Source: Squalus acanthias | Taxonomy: Eukaryota | Assembly (NCBI GenBank): GCA_030390025.1 | Contig: CM059432.1 | Span: forward strand, 100,070,001 to 100,134,000 | Direction of reading: 5' to 3' | Length of the DNA: 64,000 nucleotides | In this document: one piece after another, positions 12,135-23,133 of the stretch | Position numbering within the stretch: the first letter of the stretch is position 1 | Layout: the number at the start of each line of letters is the position of its first letter | Position numbers and translations under genes: made by a program | The notes under the pieces: generated by a model | Database searches by the model: none | Told to the model about the DNA's origin: nothing | Seen by the model: the letters and a program-made list of their open reading frames with translations, nothing else

Positions 12135-13952
12135 TTGATTAAGAAAGGGAAGATAGATTATGAAAGTAAATTAGCAAAAAATATAAAAACAGATAGTAAG
12201 AGTTTTTATAGTTATATAAAAAGAAAAAGGGTGGCTAAAGTAAATGTTGGTCCCTTAGAGGATGAGACCGGGAAATTAATGGTGGGAAATATGGAGATGG
12301 CAAAAACACTGAATGAATATTTTGTATCAGTCTTTACAGTAGAGGACACTAAGAATATCCCAACACTGGACAAACAGGGGGCTATAGGGGGAGAGGAGCT
12401 AAACACGATCAAAATCACTAAGGAAGTGGTACTCGGTAAAATAATGGGACTCAAGGCGAATAAATCACCTGGACCTGATGGCTTACATCCTAGAGTCTTG
12501 AAGGAAGTGGCGGTAGGGATTGTAGATGCATTGGTAATAATTTTTCAAAACTCCCTGGATTCCGCTAAGGTCCCGGCAGACTGGAAAACTGCTAATGTAA
12601 CACCCTTATTTAAAAAGGGCAGTAGACAGAAGGCTGGTAACTATAGACCGGTTAGCCTAACATCTGTGGTAGGTAAAATTTTGGAGTCCATTATTAAGGA
12701 AACAGTAACAGGACATTTGGATAATCATAATTTAATAGGACAAAGTCAGCATGGTTTTACGAAGGGGAAGTCATGTTTGACAAATTTGCTGGAGTTCTTT
12801 GAGGAAGTAACATATAGAGTGGATAAAGGGGAACCAGTGGACGTAGTGTATTTAGACTTCCAAAAGGCATTTGACAAGGTGCCACACAAAAGATTATTGC
12901 TTAAGGTAAAAAATCACGGGATTGGGGGTAATATTCTGGCATGGATAGAGGATTGGCTATCTAACAGAAAGCAAAGAGTTGGGATAAATGGTTCATTCTC
13001 AGACTGGCAATCAGTAACTAGTGGTGTTCCACAGGGGTCAGTGCTGGGTCCCCAACTCTTCACAATCTATATTAACGATTTGGAGGAAGGGACCAAGTGT
13101 AACATATCAAAATTTGCAGATGATACAAAGATGGGAGGGAAAGTAGTGAGTGAGGAGGACATAAAAAACCTGCAAGGGGACATAGACAGGCTAAGTAAGT
13201 GGGCAGAGATTTGGCAGATGGAATACAACACTGGAAAGTGTGAGGTGATGCACTTTGGCAGGAAAAATCCTAGAGCAATTTATTATCTTAATGGCAAGAA
13301 ACTGGAGAGTACTGAAGTGCAAAGGGATCTGGGGGTCCTGGTGCACGAAACTCAAAAGGTTAGTATGCAGGTGCAGCAAGTGATTAAGAAGGCAAATGGA
13401 ATGTTGGCTTTCATTGCTAGGGGGATAGAATATAAAAATAGGGAGGTATTGCTTCAGTTGTACAAGGTATTGGTGAGACCGCACCTGGAATACTGCATAC
13501 AGTTTTGGTGTCCTTACTTAAGGAAAGACATCCTTGCTCTCGAGGCAGTGCAAAAAAGGTTCACTCGGTTAATCCCGGGGATGAGGGGGTGGTCATATGA
13601 GGAGAGGTTGGGTAGATTGGGACTCTACTCATTGGAGTTCAGAAGAATGAGAGGCGATCTTATTGAAACATATAAGATTGTGAAGGGGTTGGATCGGGTG
13701 GATGCGGGGAGGATGTTCCCGATGACGGGTGAGACGAGAACTAGGGGACATAGTCTTAGAATAAGGGGCTGCTCTTTCAAAACTGAGATGAGGAGGAACT
13801 ACTTCACTCAGAGGGTGGTAGGTCCATGGAATATGCTGCCACAAAAAGCTGTAGAAGCTACAACATTAATTAAATTTAAAACAGAAATAGACAGTTTCCT
13901 AGAAGTAAAGGGCATTAAGGGTTACGGGGAGCAGGCAGGAATTTGGACATGA
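12135..13952 (+). CDS. Uninterrupted CR1 ORF2 RT and C-terminal region (605 aa) lacking the endonuclease
   Basis: All RT motifs intact (YLDFQKAFDKV, GVPQGSVLGP, FADD) through the natural stop. First in-frame ATG at 12279. Confidence 0.8.
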   Translation: MIKKGKIDYESKLAKNIKTDSKSFYSYIKRKRVAKVNVGPLEDETGKLMVGNMEMAKTLNEYFVSVFTVEDTKNIPTLDKQGAIGGEELNTIKITKEVVLGKIMGLKANKSPGPDGLHPRVLKEVAVGIVDALVIIFQNSLDSAKVPADWKTANVTPLFKKGSRQKAGNYRPVSLTSVVGKILESIIKETVTGHLDNHNLIGQSQHGFTKGKSCLTNLLEFFEEVTYRVDKGEPVDVVYLDFQKAFDKVPHKRLLLKVKNHGIGGNILAWIEDWLSNRKQRVGINGSFSDWQSVTSGVPQGSVLGPQLFTIYINDLEEGTKCNISKFADDTKMGGKVVSEEDIKNLQGDIDRLSKWAEIWQMEYNTGKCEVMHFGRKNPRAIYYLNGKKLESTEVQRDLGVLVHETQKVSMQVQQVIKKANGMLAFIARGIEYKNREVLLQLYKVLVRPHLEYCIQFWCPYLRKDILALEAVQKRFTRLIPGMRGWSYEERLGRLGLYSLEFRRMRGDLIETYKIVKGLDRVDAGRMFPMTGETRTRGHSLRIRGCSFKTEMRRNYFTQRVVGPWNMLPQKAVEATTLIKFKTEIDSFLEVKGIKGYGEQAGIWT

Positions 13953-15564
13953 GTCTAGGTTCGGATCGGTCATGGCCCTGTGGGTAGTGGAGCGGGCCCA
14001 GGGACTGTGTAGCCTGATTCTGCTCCTATTTCGTGTGTGCAATTCTGTTAGATGCAGGAGATGGTTCTGTGATAGATAGTAGATTGGCGGTTAGGATCAG
14101 ATCAGCCATGATCTTATTGAATGGCGGAGCAGGCTCGAGGGGCCGATTGGCCTACTCCTGCTCCTATTTCTTATGTTCTTATGTTCTTATGAATGCATCA
14201 TGACTGCTGCCAGGATACCGGGCATTGACCTGCATGATGCACTGTCTGTAGTCACACACCAACTGTACGTTGAGGGAGTGAAATTCCTTTCAGTTCCGGT
14301 ACATGGCAGAGTTTAAATGAGGCACATGTAAAGCAATGGCACCCTGCACCATTAGGAAGCCTGCAATCCTTGCAAACCCTCATGCACACTCCAACTGCTT
14401 CTCTCTGGCAAGAGGGGATAAAATGAAATTGTCTCTATTTGAACAGAGAGCCGCAGTGACCTCCCTTATGCAACAGTGCACTACAAACTGCGAGATGTTG
14501 CTAATATCTCCAGCACCAGCCTGGAAGAAGCTAGACACATAAAAGTTCATCGCCACAGTCACCTTCACAGCCACTGGCAATGCGGTTCTTGCCCTGCACT
14601 GAGGTTGGAGTTGTGGCTGCAGTATTTGGCAGATTTCAGTGACGACCTCCTTAGTGAAGCACAGACATCTCAAACATTGGTCGTTGCTGAGGTTCAGGGA
14701 GGAGAATTGCTCTCTGAACATCCTGGGCGGATATGGCCTCCAGCTGAGACCCCTTCTCCCCCTCCTCCTCCTCCCTCTTCTAGCAGCTTGTCCTGCTCTG
14801 CGTGACCTCTGCTCATTCTTCCAGTTATGTTCGATTCCAAGAGGAAGGCCTACTAGTGCACCCGTATCTAGGAGCAACTGGTTTGTGCAGAAGCCTTGAA
14901 GTCAGCAAAAACATTTTCAGCACCTGCTACACCTCTCCCTGTAGACGTTTGAAACTTGAAACAGCTATGGAAAGCAATAAAAATGTGTAGAATTGTAGCC
15001 AGAAGAAATAAACCAGCAACTAACCTGTAAGTAATTGATGATCCCTTTAAATAGCGCTGGCGAGAGGTTCCTCTTGCTTATTCAGCTGCGTGAGGTTTTG
15101 AGAGGTCACTAGATGGAGCATGGAGCTTGAAAATAACAATGCTGGTGTCAGATTAGCATTGCATGCTGACTGACGTCATGATCTGCCTGCTCTGCATACT
15201 TCTGGCGAACGTTAAGTGTGCGCACTAACCCCTTTATCAGAAGTGTACCGCAGACGCCATTTTGGAACCCTAAGGGCGCTCATTGGGCTGGATTTTGCCA
15301 GTGTGGGCGGGCTGGGGCATGTCAGGTGGAAATCGTGTCAGGAGCCCGACTCCTAAGTGAAGTGTTGAAAAAGTGGGATTTTCCCCTAATTGGGCAATTG
15401 ATTTCCTGCGTGTGGGAACCACTGGCCCAATGAGTCTTTTCATACAGAAAGTCGCCTCCGATGACATCATCAATGCTGCTGGATTTAAGGCCTGCAAGCA
15501 GCCCTGCTTCTTCTGGAGACTGCAAACGCTTTGCAAATTGTATGAAGGAGTTGATTTCCCAACA

Positions 15565-15804
15565 ATGTCCACGATCAAGCAAAAGTGTGCACCTCGGTTT
15601 GATGAGCACTCCCTCCAAGCTCTGGTGCACGGAGCCAGATGTAATAAAGAGGTGCTGTTCCCTTCCTTAGGGAGAAAAAAGCCACCCCAGCAGACAAAAG
15701 CTGTGTGGCTGCAAGTGGCCAAGGAGGTCAACTCCATTTCAATGAGCCGCAGAACCTGGCTGCAATGCAGGAAGAGGTTTCATGACCTTCTCCGCACAGG
15801 AAAA
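15565..15804 (+). CDS. Harbinger B Myb/SANT-like DNA-binding protein, exon 1
   Basis: 80 codons (APRF...W..VAKEVN...RTWLQCRKRFHDL) and donor AAA|GTGAGT. Same 240-nt length as the copy at 28119-28358. Confidence 0.8.
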
Positions 15805-16126
15805 GTGAGTATGACTTTCCCATCCCCCTCAATCTGATCCCCATCGCCTCTCCTCACCAGCACTCTGCTTTGCCAACCTCTTCCTCCACATCCCACTTGA
15901 CACTTACATCCCTGCACCCTTACCCATTCCCTCTCTCTCTATGGTCACATTCACTTAACTATTCGACTATGCAGCCCTCACACTCCCTATCACTGTGATG
16001 CAATGACAACAACAACTTACAACACACAGGGAGGGTCCTTTGTATCCTTCTAAGCATCTATGCTATGGATTCTCTACACTCACTCCTTCATTCTCACTCA
16101 AACTCCACTTGTGTCCCTCATTGCAG

Positions 16127-16286
16127 GATAAGAGATCCCACAATAAGAGAGAAAGAGCGAGGACAGGAGGAGGGCCACCCTCAGTAGCCCAGCTTACCCC
16201 CTGGGAGGAGGCGGCCCTGGAAATTGCTGGGATCGAGGATGATACCCAAGTGGGGGATGGACAGACGGGCGCATCACAGCAAGCTG
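16127..16286 (+). CDS. Harbinger B Myb/SANT-like protein, exon 2
   Basis: TTGCAG acceptor, DKRSHNKRERARTGGG, and donor G|GTGACA conserved in three copies. 160 nt, as at 35157-35316. Confidence 0.75.
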
Positions 16287-16442
16287 GTGACAGAATAGTT
16301 TGGCATCTCTCTCATTGACATTGCATGAGTCACTGATAATGAATCTGATGCTCTAACAGATTGACTTATGATCATCTGCACTATTCAATGTGCATGTAAC
16401 CTTGACCTCGCATCTCTAACTCTATCCTTTACTCCCCCACAG

Positions 16443-17473
16443 GACCATTGAAAGCCCCTGTCCCCACTGTCCAGGAGGAAGAGCCTGAGCCTCCAGACTC
16501 CTCAGAGGAAGCTGCAACCTCTAAGGGCACAGCGTCAGAAGAATTCAGCGCACTTAGCACCAGCGCAGACACTCACACCTTGGTGGGACCTTCGCAAGAT
16601 AGAGTAGTGTTGGCACCTGGTGTATCACAGCTCACAAGTGAGCATCAGCAGATGGTGGAGACAGGGTCAGCAGTGGAGAGTCCTCGTCGGAGGGCGCAGG
16701 ACTCTCCCAGCTCAGCTCAGCTGCATGTCGACCCTGTGCCTCCGGGTCCATCCAGAAGTAGAGCGGTGATGGAACTGCAGGAACAGGTGCAGGAGTCTCT
16801 GGAAGGTCTTGTCTCCAGGGTCGCTGCGAGTGTGGAGCGAATGGAGGAGTCCATCGCGAACATGAGCAGAGCCTTTGTGGAGGCATTGGCGCATGAACGC
16901 ATCACCGCAGAAAGGATGGCAACCTCCATGGAAAGGATGGCTAACTCCATGGTAAGGCTGTCTACCGTAGAGGAGAGGTTGGCTAAGGTAGAGGAGAGGA
17001 TGGCTACGGCCATGGAGGAGCTTAGTCGTCAGGGTATGGAAAACATGGTAATTGTTCAGAATAGAATGACATCTCTTGAGGAGCGATGGTCAGCTATTGA
17101 GCATACAAACCAGACCTTCATGGAAGCCCTCTGGAGTAGGACTTCCAGTGCAGAGACGGGTCCTCATGGCCCCCCTGAAGTGCAGCAAGGTGCTGTCAAG
17201 CCACTTGCTAGCTCTGAAGTGGGGCTGAACCATGAGAGGGATGTTGGTGGTAGACAACAAGGAAGTGGGGGCTCCTCTCCAATTGCTCACACGACCATGC
17301 CACTGCAGAGACCTCGGTCAGAGCTCCACCAGAGTCCTCACCCAACTGAGATGGGTGTCTCAGCCCCTGCACAGCCACAGAAGCAGCAGACTGTTGGCGA
17401 GCCCGCACAGCTTCGCCACCGCAGAGGACGGCCGCCAAAGGCGTCGAGACAGGAGCAGCAAGAAAGTGAGTAA
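16443..17473 (+). CDS. Harbinger B Myb/SANT-like protein, exon 3 (low-complexity and coiled-coil region)
   Basis: CCCACAG acceptor, phase-compatible with exon 2, open to TAA at 17471-17473. Confidence 0.7.
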
Positions 17474-17809
17474 GGGGCCTCCACATCTGCTGAAGCCACA
17501 GGAGAAGCACCACATAGGAGCACGCGTAAGAGGAAGATGTAGCACAATTAATCACAAGGGTAGTCACTTGGGTGCTGTGATGTTTTGTATTTGGACCAAC
17601 CATCATTGTCATTGTATTGTAAACAGATTTGATGGCAAACTGTTGAAGTTGTGGCCTGTGTCATTTCACAAATGGGACTTTCACACTGAGGGCTTAGGGC
17701 GCCTTGCAATTGTCAGTATGGTTGTCAGAGTGATAGGAATCCGCAGGTTCTTCTCCATTGTCGATGCTCTGGTAAGAAGGTGCGAGACAAAAGTGTTTGA
17801 TTGTGCAGG

Positions 17810-18036
17810 CTAACCAAATCTGGCCAAGATGAGTGCGTCCCTTGCATCCCGGGCAGCAATGTTGTCACACGCTGGCGCCTTCTGGCCTGTGCGGCTTCAG
17901 GTGTGTGACTAGCAGCATGGCGCTCCTGTTGATGCTCCTGCTGTTGGTGCTGCTGTTGTTCATGGTTCTGCTGCTGTCGCGGATGGTCTTCGTCTGAATC
18001 TGATGTCCAGGAGGAAAGGAATTAAATGGTCGCCAT
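17810..18036 (-). pseudogene. Harbinger B transposase remnant with the catalytic core deleted
   Basis: The Gln-rich N-terminus is joined near 17866 to the C-terminal IAARDARDALILARF. Compare the full copy at 36770-37990. Confidence 0.75.
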
Positions 18037-18750
18037 GCTTCTGGTATATGCCTCAGTTGGTTTCTCAGGAGGTCACACTGGAGATGGGTGTCAGTCTCCA
18101 AACTTCCACAACAATGAGTAGGCCTGCTAAATGTTCGCCCAGACTTGAGACAACAAAGTTCTGCCACCTGCAAATGATCATCGGTGAAAACTTCTTTGTA
18201 ATGGTGGAGCTGCAGCTGTTAGAAAGCAATCCAATTGTGAGGCCACCGGGATTACCTGGCGTGTTCCAGAGGAGACGTCTAGGATGGGGGAAACGTCTAA
18301 AAATCGGAAAGGCCTCTCAAAATGGGATAATAGAGGCAATTAAGTGGTTGTTAAGGGCCTTAAGGGCCTATCCCGCACGCCATTTTTTGCAATTTTACCA
18401 CCTCACACGCCTCAAACCCGCCTGCTCGTGCTTGGCAAAATCGAGCCCATTGTGTCCAAAAATGGGCGCCACTGAGCCCCACCCCCCCCCATTCACAAAC
18501 CCCAATCTTTCCCGGCAGCCACGGAACCCGGCTGCTGCCTTCTACTGCTGGCTTTCCCACCCGGCAGCCAGCCAATCTCTCAATCCGGCCAGCTGCCAGG
18601 CAGGAAATGGAGTAAAAAAAATGATGATGAGTTCCTGCCATTAAATTCGGCAGGACCGCCGTCTTCCCGGGATTTCTGCGTTGTCCCCTTCCCCCCGACA
18701 AACACGCTCCCTCTCTCCCTCCCTGCCTCCCTGTAAATATCATGGCCAAT

Positions 18751-20345
18751 GATTCCCGAAAAAGGATATCACTGAACTGTGCACAATCCTGAGCTGGAAA
18801 ACACTTCCCAAACAGTGATGGCTCTGTTGGTGGCTGTGAAGGTAACAGCTGGTTTTAACTTTTATGCCACTAGATCTTTCCAAGCAACAGCAGGAGCTAT
18901 CTGCCAAAATAATCTCGACCTGCAGTGCACAATTGCATTAAGCAGGTTACAAATGCCTCTTTGCTCAGGCTACTCAATTAATTTATTTCCCCATGGAAAA
19001 TATACAGTAACAATGAATGGACTGCAAATTGCAAGCCATTATTAATGGCCTGCATGTGGCCATAGAGGTTCCTACCACCAATGCTGCCTTCTCCATGAAC
19101 AGAAGGGCGCTCCACTCCATGAAGGTGCAGCTAGGCTGGAAGCATAGGTACAGAATGATTCACCTGAATGCCTGCTACCCTTGCAATAGCCATGATTCAT
19201 TCATTTTATAGTAACACATGGTACTACCATTGTTCCAAGCACCAGGAGGTAGTGATGGATGATTGCTGGGGGATCAAGGCTATACACTGTAGCATTTGAC
19301 CCCAAGATGAGCTTCTGACCATATATCCACGCCATTACTAAGACGGCCTATTTCCACCTGAATAACATCGCCCAACTCCACCCCGCCTCAGCTCATCTGC
19401 TGCTGAAATCCTTGTCCATGCCTTTGTTACTACTAGACTTGACTATTCCGATGCACTCCTGGCTGGCCTCTCATCTTCCACCCTCCATAAACTTTAGCTC
19501 TTTCCAAGCTCTGCTGCCCGTAGCCTAACTCGCACCAAGTGCCGTTTACCTATCACCCCTGTGCTCACTGACCTACATTGGCTGCTGGTTGAACAACGCA
19601 TCGATATTAAAATTCTCATCTTTGTTTTCAAGTCCCACGATGGCCTCACCCCTCCCTATCTCTGTAATCTCCTCCAGTCCTACAACCCTCCAAGATATCT
19701 GCGCTCCTTCAATTCTGACCTCTTGCGCATTCCCAATTTTAATTGCTCCACAATTGGCGGCCGCGCCTTCAGCTGCCAAGGCTCGAAGCTCTGGAATTCC
19801 CTCCCTGAACCTCTCCGACTCTCTATCTCCCAATCTAAGACACTCCTTAAAACCTAGCTCTTTGACCAAGCTTTTAGTCATCATTTTGGTCAGCTTCTGC
19901 CCTAATATCTCCTTATGTGGCTCAGTGTCAAATTTCGTTTGATAATCCTCCTGTGAAGTGCCTTCGGATGTTTTACTACATTAAAGACGTTATATAAATG
20001 TAAGTTGTTGTTGTTGTTGTAGCTGCTTACCCCATTGAATCTCGCAAGGACAAAACCTGAAGAATAATACAATGAGGCACACTTCGACCATTGGCATCAT
20101 GAAGCAAAGGTTCAGATGCCTGGACCAATCGGGGGAGTGTTGCTTTACAGGTTGGCCATGGTAACAAAGGTATTTGTTACCCGTTGTATTTTACACAACT
20201 TTTCACTGCAATGGGGCCTTGTCATGGAACAGGCAGGAGAAGACAGACAGCAGCAACTAGAAACAGAAGGTGACCCCAGCCAGGAGGTAGAAAATTTGTC
20301 TATATAAGGAACTAGTCACTCAGCAAGAGTCACACAGCAGAGTCC
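18751..20345 (+). pseudogene. Old Harbinger transposase relic split by an L2
   Basis: AVKVTAGFNFYA, NACYPCNSHDSFIL, LLGDQGY and CILHNF, with stops and frameshifts. Confidence 0.8.
19294..20017 (+). mobile_element. L2 LINE 3' fragment
   Basis: ITPVLTDLHWL...GGRAFS...LWNSLP...KTLLKT, a (TTG)n tail, and TSD TGTAGC at 19288-19293 and 20018-20023. Confidence 0.9.
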
Positions 20346-22321
20346 ATTGGAGGACACATTTAGGCTCTGATTTTAACCTAACATGCAATATAGGTATTCT
20401 TGAATTTAGGACCGTGGGCAAGGGGATTAAACTACAGTGTCCTAAAGTGGCCATATTCTCCGTGGTGGTCTTCACTTTGGTAAAGTGGTCATGCCTCCCT
20501 GCACAGATGCAGATTGTGGACTCCACCATTGATGCTCGAAACTGTACAGACTCCTGGGTAGACTCTGAACTGAGTTCAAGGACTGTTGATGGTGAGCGAC
20601 TGAGCTACATTTGTAGGCAGGCTCTGTGAGCTTTGAACCCTGCACTCTGCAGTAAGGTGTAAGACACCATTGTAAAATTATGAAAAGTGTCCGCAGTTTT
20701 ATTTTGACAATCTTGTGCAGCCCAGAAAATGTAATCCTTACCTGTTCACACGTTCTCTTTACAGGCAAGAGAGCATTAACTGTCAGTCAAGGTGGAAGGG
20801 CCCAGGAAGAGCACCCTCCCTCACAATTGAATGAAGAAGCTGCGATAGTAAGAGAACACCACTTTATCCCTTCAGGCTTGAGGAAGGGCGTAGCTATTAA
20901 TCCAACAGACATCACGGTGAGTGAGCACCAAAGGAGATGAGAGCTCATGATCCCGTACTCAAGACCTTTCCAAGCTGACCTTCTACTGAAATGCTAATAG
21001 CTAGCTTTAATCATTTTTCTGTTTAAAGTCAAAAACTAAACATGGCCTAAAAAGGTACAAAAATCTTGGAATCAATGTAACGTCTTTTGCTAGCGATAAA
21101 TACTGTTTGTTCCATAGCCTGTTATTATGTACATTACATTTAGATGGCACTTTTCTGTGCACATAGACATTCCGTGCTAACTGAGAGAACTGCGTTCAGA
21201 AGGTTCCCACTGCAGTTGTACCAAGAAAAGCACCTTCTGAAGGCAGTGCTGGATGGCAGCATTTTCTAGGAAAGCCACAGCCCAAGGATTTTCATCCATC
21301 AAACTGCTGTGGAAGAAGGGCATTACTCTAGCAGGCTGAAGTACCCTATCAATACTATGTCAGCTAAAAGGTTAACTTTGATTCATTGGAAATGCTATTA
21401 ACCTTCAGTACGTGACTGTAGGCTAACACTTTAATTGATAAGGTATCAATATAAGAAGAGGGGATTGTTAACTTATGAGAAGATATGAAGCGAATGCCAT
21501 TTGCCTTATTTCTTTCTTTCTTCTAGAAAATTAGAAAATAGTGTGACTATGAATGGTATTTGCAGCAAAAGGCTAATTTTTCTGTTGTACTCCTGGAAAC
21601 AAAACATCCAACAATCACTCCTCATATAATAGTTTACATAGTAACAGGGGATAGAATGATACTAGGGTACAACTTCTGTTCACATTCTAATTTTCATTAA
21701 AATAATATAATGTATGTACTCTAAACTTAGTAACATATTAGTTTCCAAAATCTATATAGATAACATATTGCATATCTTACGCTTGTGCGTACTTCCTGTC
21801 CACTTTCTATTATAAATTCCAGTGCCCAGATTTATAATGCGAACTGCCGGTGTAAACGTGTTACGATGTAATTGCACACCCCCACCAGTGGTGGTGCCGT
21901 AGTTCATCAGTTTGCACTGCAGAGAAACAACTGTGCTCCAACCAACTCTGCTTCTCCGTTTCCCAAATTGCCTTACATTTTGCTATTTAACTATAATTAT
22001 ATTTAAGTGTTATTATATTAAAATAAGAACAGAAGGTATGACCTCAAGATGGTGACTGGATTACATCTGCACACTCTCCCACATTCTAATCCCACTTCAC
22101 CTGAACAGGACTCTAGGACTTGACCCCCTGTGTGCAACGCCACAGGAGATCAACCAGATATATATTGAAATCTATATGTGAGTCATGTGTTCCATTGAAA
22201 AACCTTATGTAAATATTCCTATAGAGATTTTCATGATAAAATTTCCACAGTAGCGATGCTTCCTGTAGTGTTTCCCCTTAATGCCAGGAGGCGGCACACT
22301 AATAAGATTTCTAAGTTCATA

Positions 22322-23096
22322 GGCCAGAATTTGCTCTCAAAATAACCGTGAAGCTAATGGCACTCACCATTATTTATGCATAAATGGTACAACAACTTAA
22401 GGCGAGGAGCAGATGCGTGTTTAAATGCAATATCCAAAAGTTGCTGTCTGAGTTGCACCACTCCGTCATTAGTTTTGCGAAAATGGCATCTTGCTGTCAG
22501 TCACACCATTGAAATTATTGAATGGCGTGAAGTTGCTGTAGATACGAGCTAAACTCACCACAGAAAGTTAAGTTTTATCATTTCAAGTCTAAGTACCCTT
22601 TAATGATGTGATAAGTGTTAATTACTGCCAATCAACCTCTCTGGCACTGAAAATTAACTATTACAAGTGTGGAGTCTCACTCCTTCAGGTATTAATTGTT
22701 GTTGGAGATGTTAAAAGTGTAAAATTTAAAATTTTAAATTTTTTAATACTTTTCCTTTCAGTCTCTTTTTGCTCTCTGTTAATTCAATCTACCTTTTCCT
22801 CTCTTTATTTCTCGTTCTGTACCAGATTTGACATTGAAGTCACCCACTCTAATTTACACTTCCTTCTCAGTCCTTGTGCTGTAGTAATTTCATCTTTCAA
22901 TCTGATTGGTTAAGAAGATACACAGTTGCTTGTCCTGTTCACTCAGGTCCAGATGCCCTGTTTCCCTCGCTGCGACATTATCAGCTCGCACTTTTAGCAA
23001 CTTGCCATGCAAAAAATTTAAAAACCTAAACATACAAGGGCAAGTCTAACTAATGGCAGACACTGTTAGATGCCCTGCTACAGAAAAATCTGGGCC
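22322..23096. mobile_element. Harbinger-type MITE / non-autonomous element
   Basis: Imperfect TIRs GGCCAGAATTTGCT and (rc) GGCCCAGATTTTTCT. Non-coding interior. Confidence 0.6.
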
Positions 23097-23133
23097 AGTG
23101 TAATCACTGACCTGCTCCCTGTAAAACACCGGA

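Larger units (their letters stand above)
11984..14191 (+). mobile_element. Young CR1 insertion with a non-ORF2 5' cassette
   Basis: TSD GCATCATGACT at 11973-11983 and 14195-14205, and an (TTCTTATG)3 tail. Confidence 0.92.
11501..14880 (-). pseudogene. Harbinger DDE transposase, frameshifted and split by a CR1 insertion at 11984-14191
   Basis: ORFs 14380..14877, 11677..11883 and 11501..11716. The SHDA codons are duplicated as the TSD. Confidence 0.85.
10162..15284. mobile_element. PIF/Harbinger transposon A (truncated): ORF2 last exon (+, about 10289-11320) convergent with transposase (-)
   Basis: Transposase motifs ALPVAVKV, NARYPGSSHDAFIL, IEQTIGMLKQRF and CCMLHN, plus an acidic tail. Confidence 0.85.
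15285..18747. mobile_element. PIF/Harbinger transposon B, transposase-deleted
   Basis: Imperfect TIRs GGGCTGGATTTT and (rc) GGCCATGATATTT. Three-exon Myb/SANT ORF. Transposase N- and C-termini fused. Confidence 0.85.

Noticed and set aside
18003..18749. ORFs of 213 aa (+) and 129 aa (-)
   Set aside because: They lie in GC-rich subterminal Harbinger DNA with no recognisable domain, so are likely chance ORFs.
21527..21555. Candidate microexon KLENSVTMN after a strong pyrimidine tract
   Set aside because: The donor GTATTT is weak and nothing else supports it.
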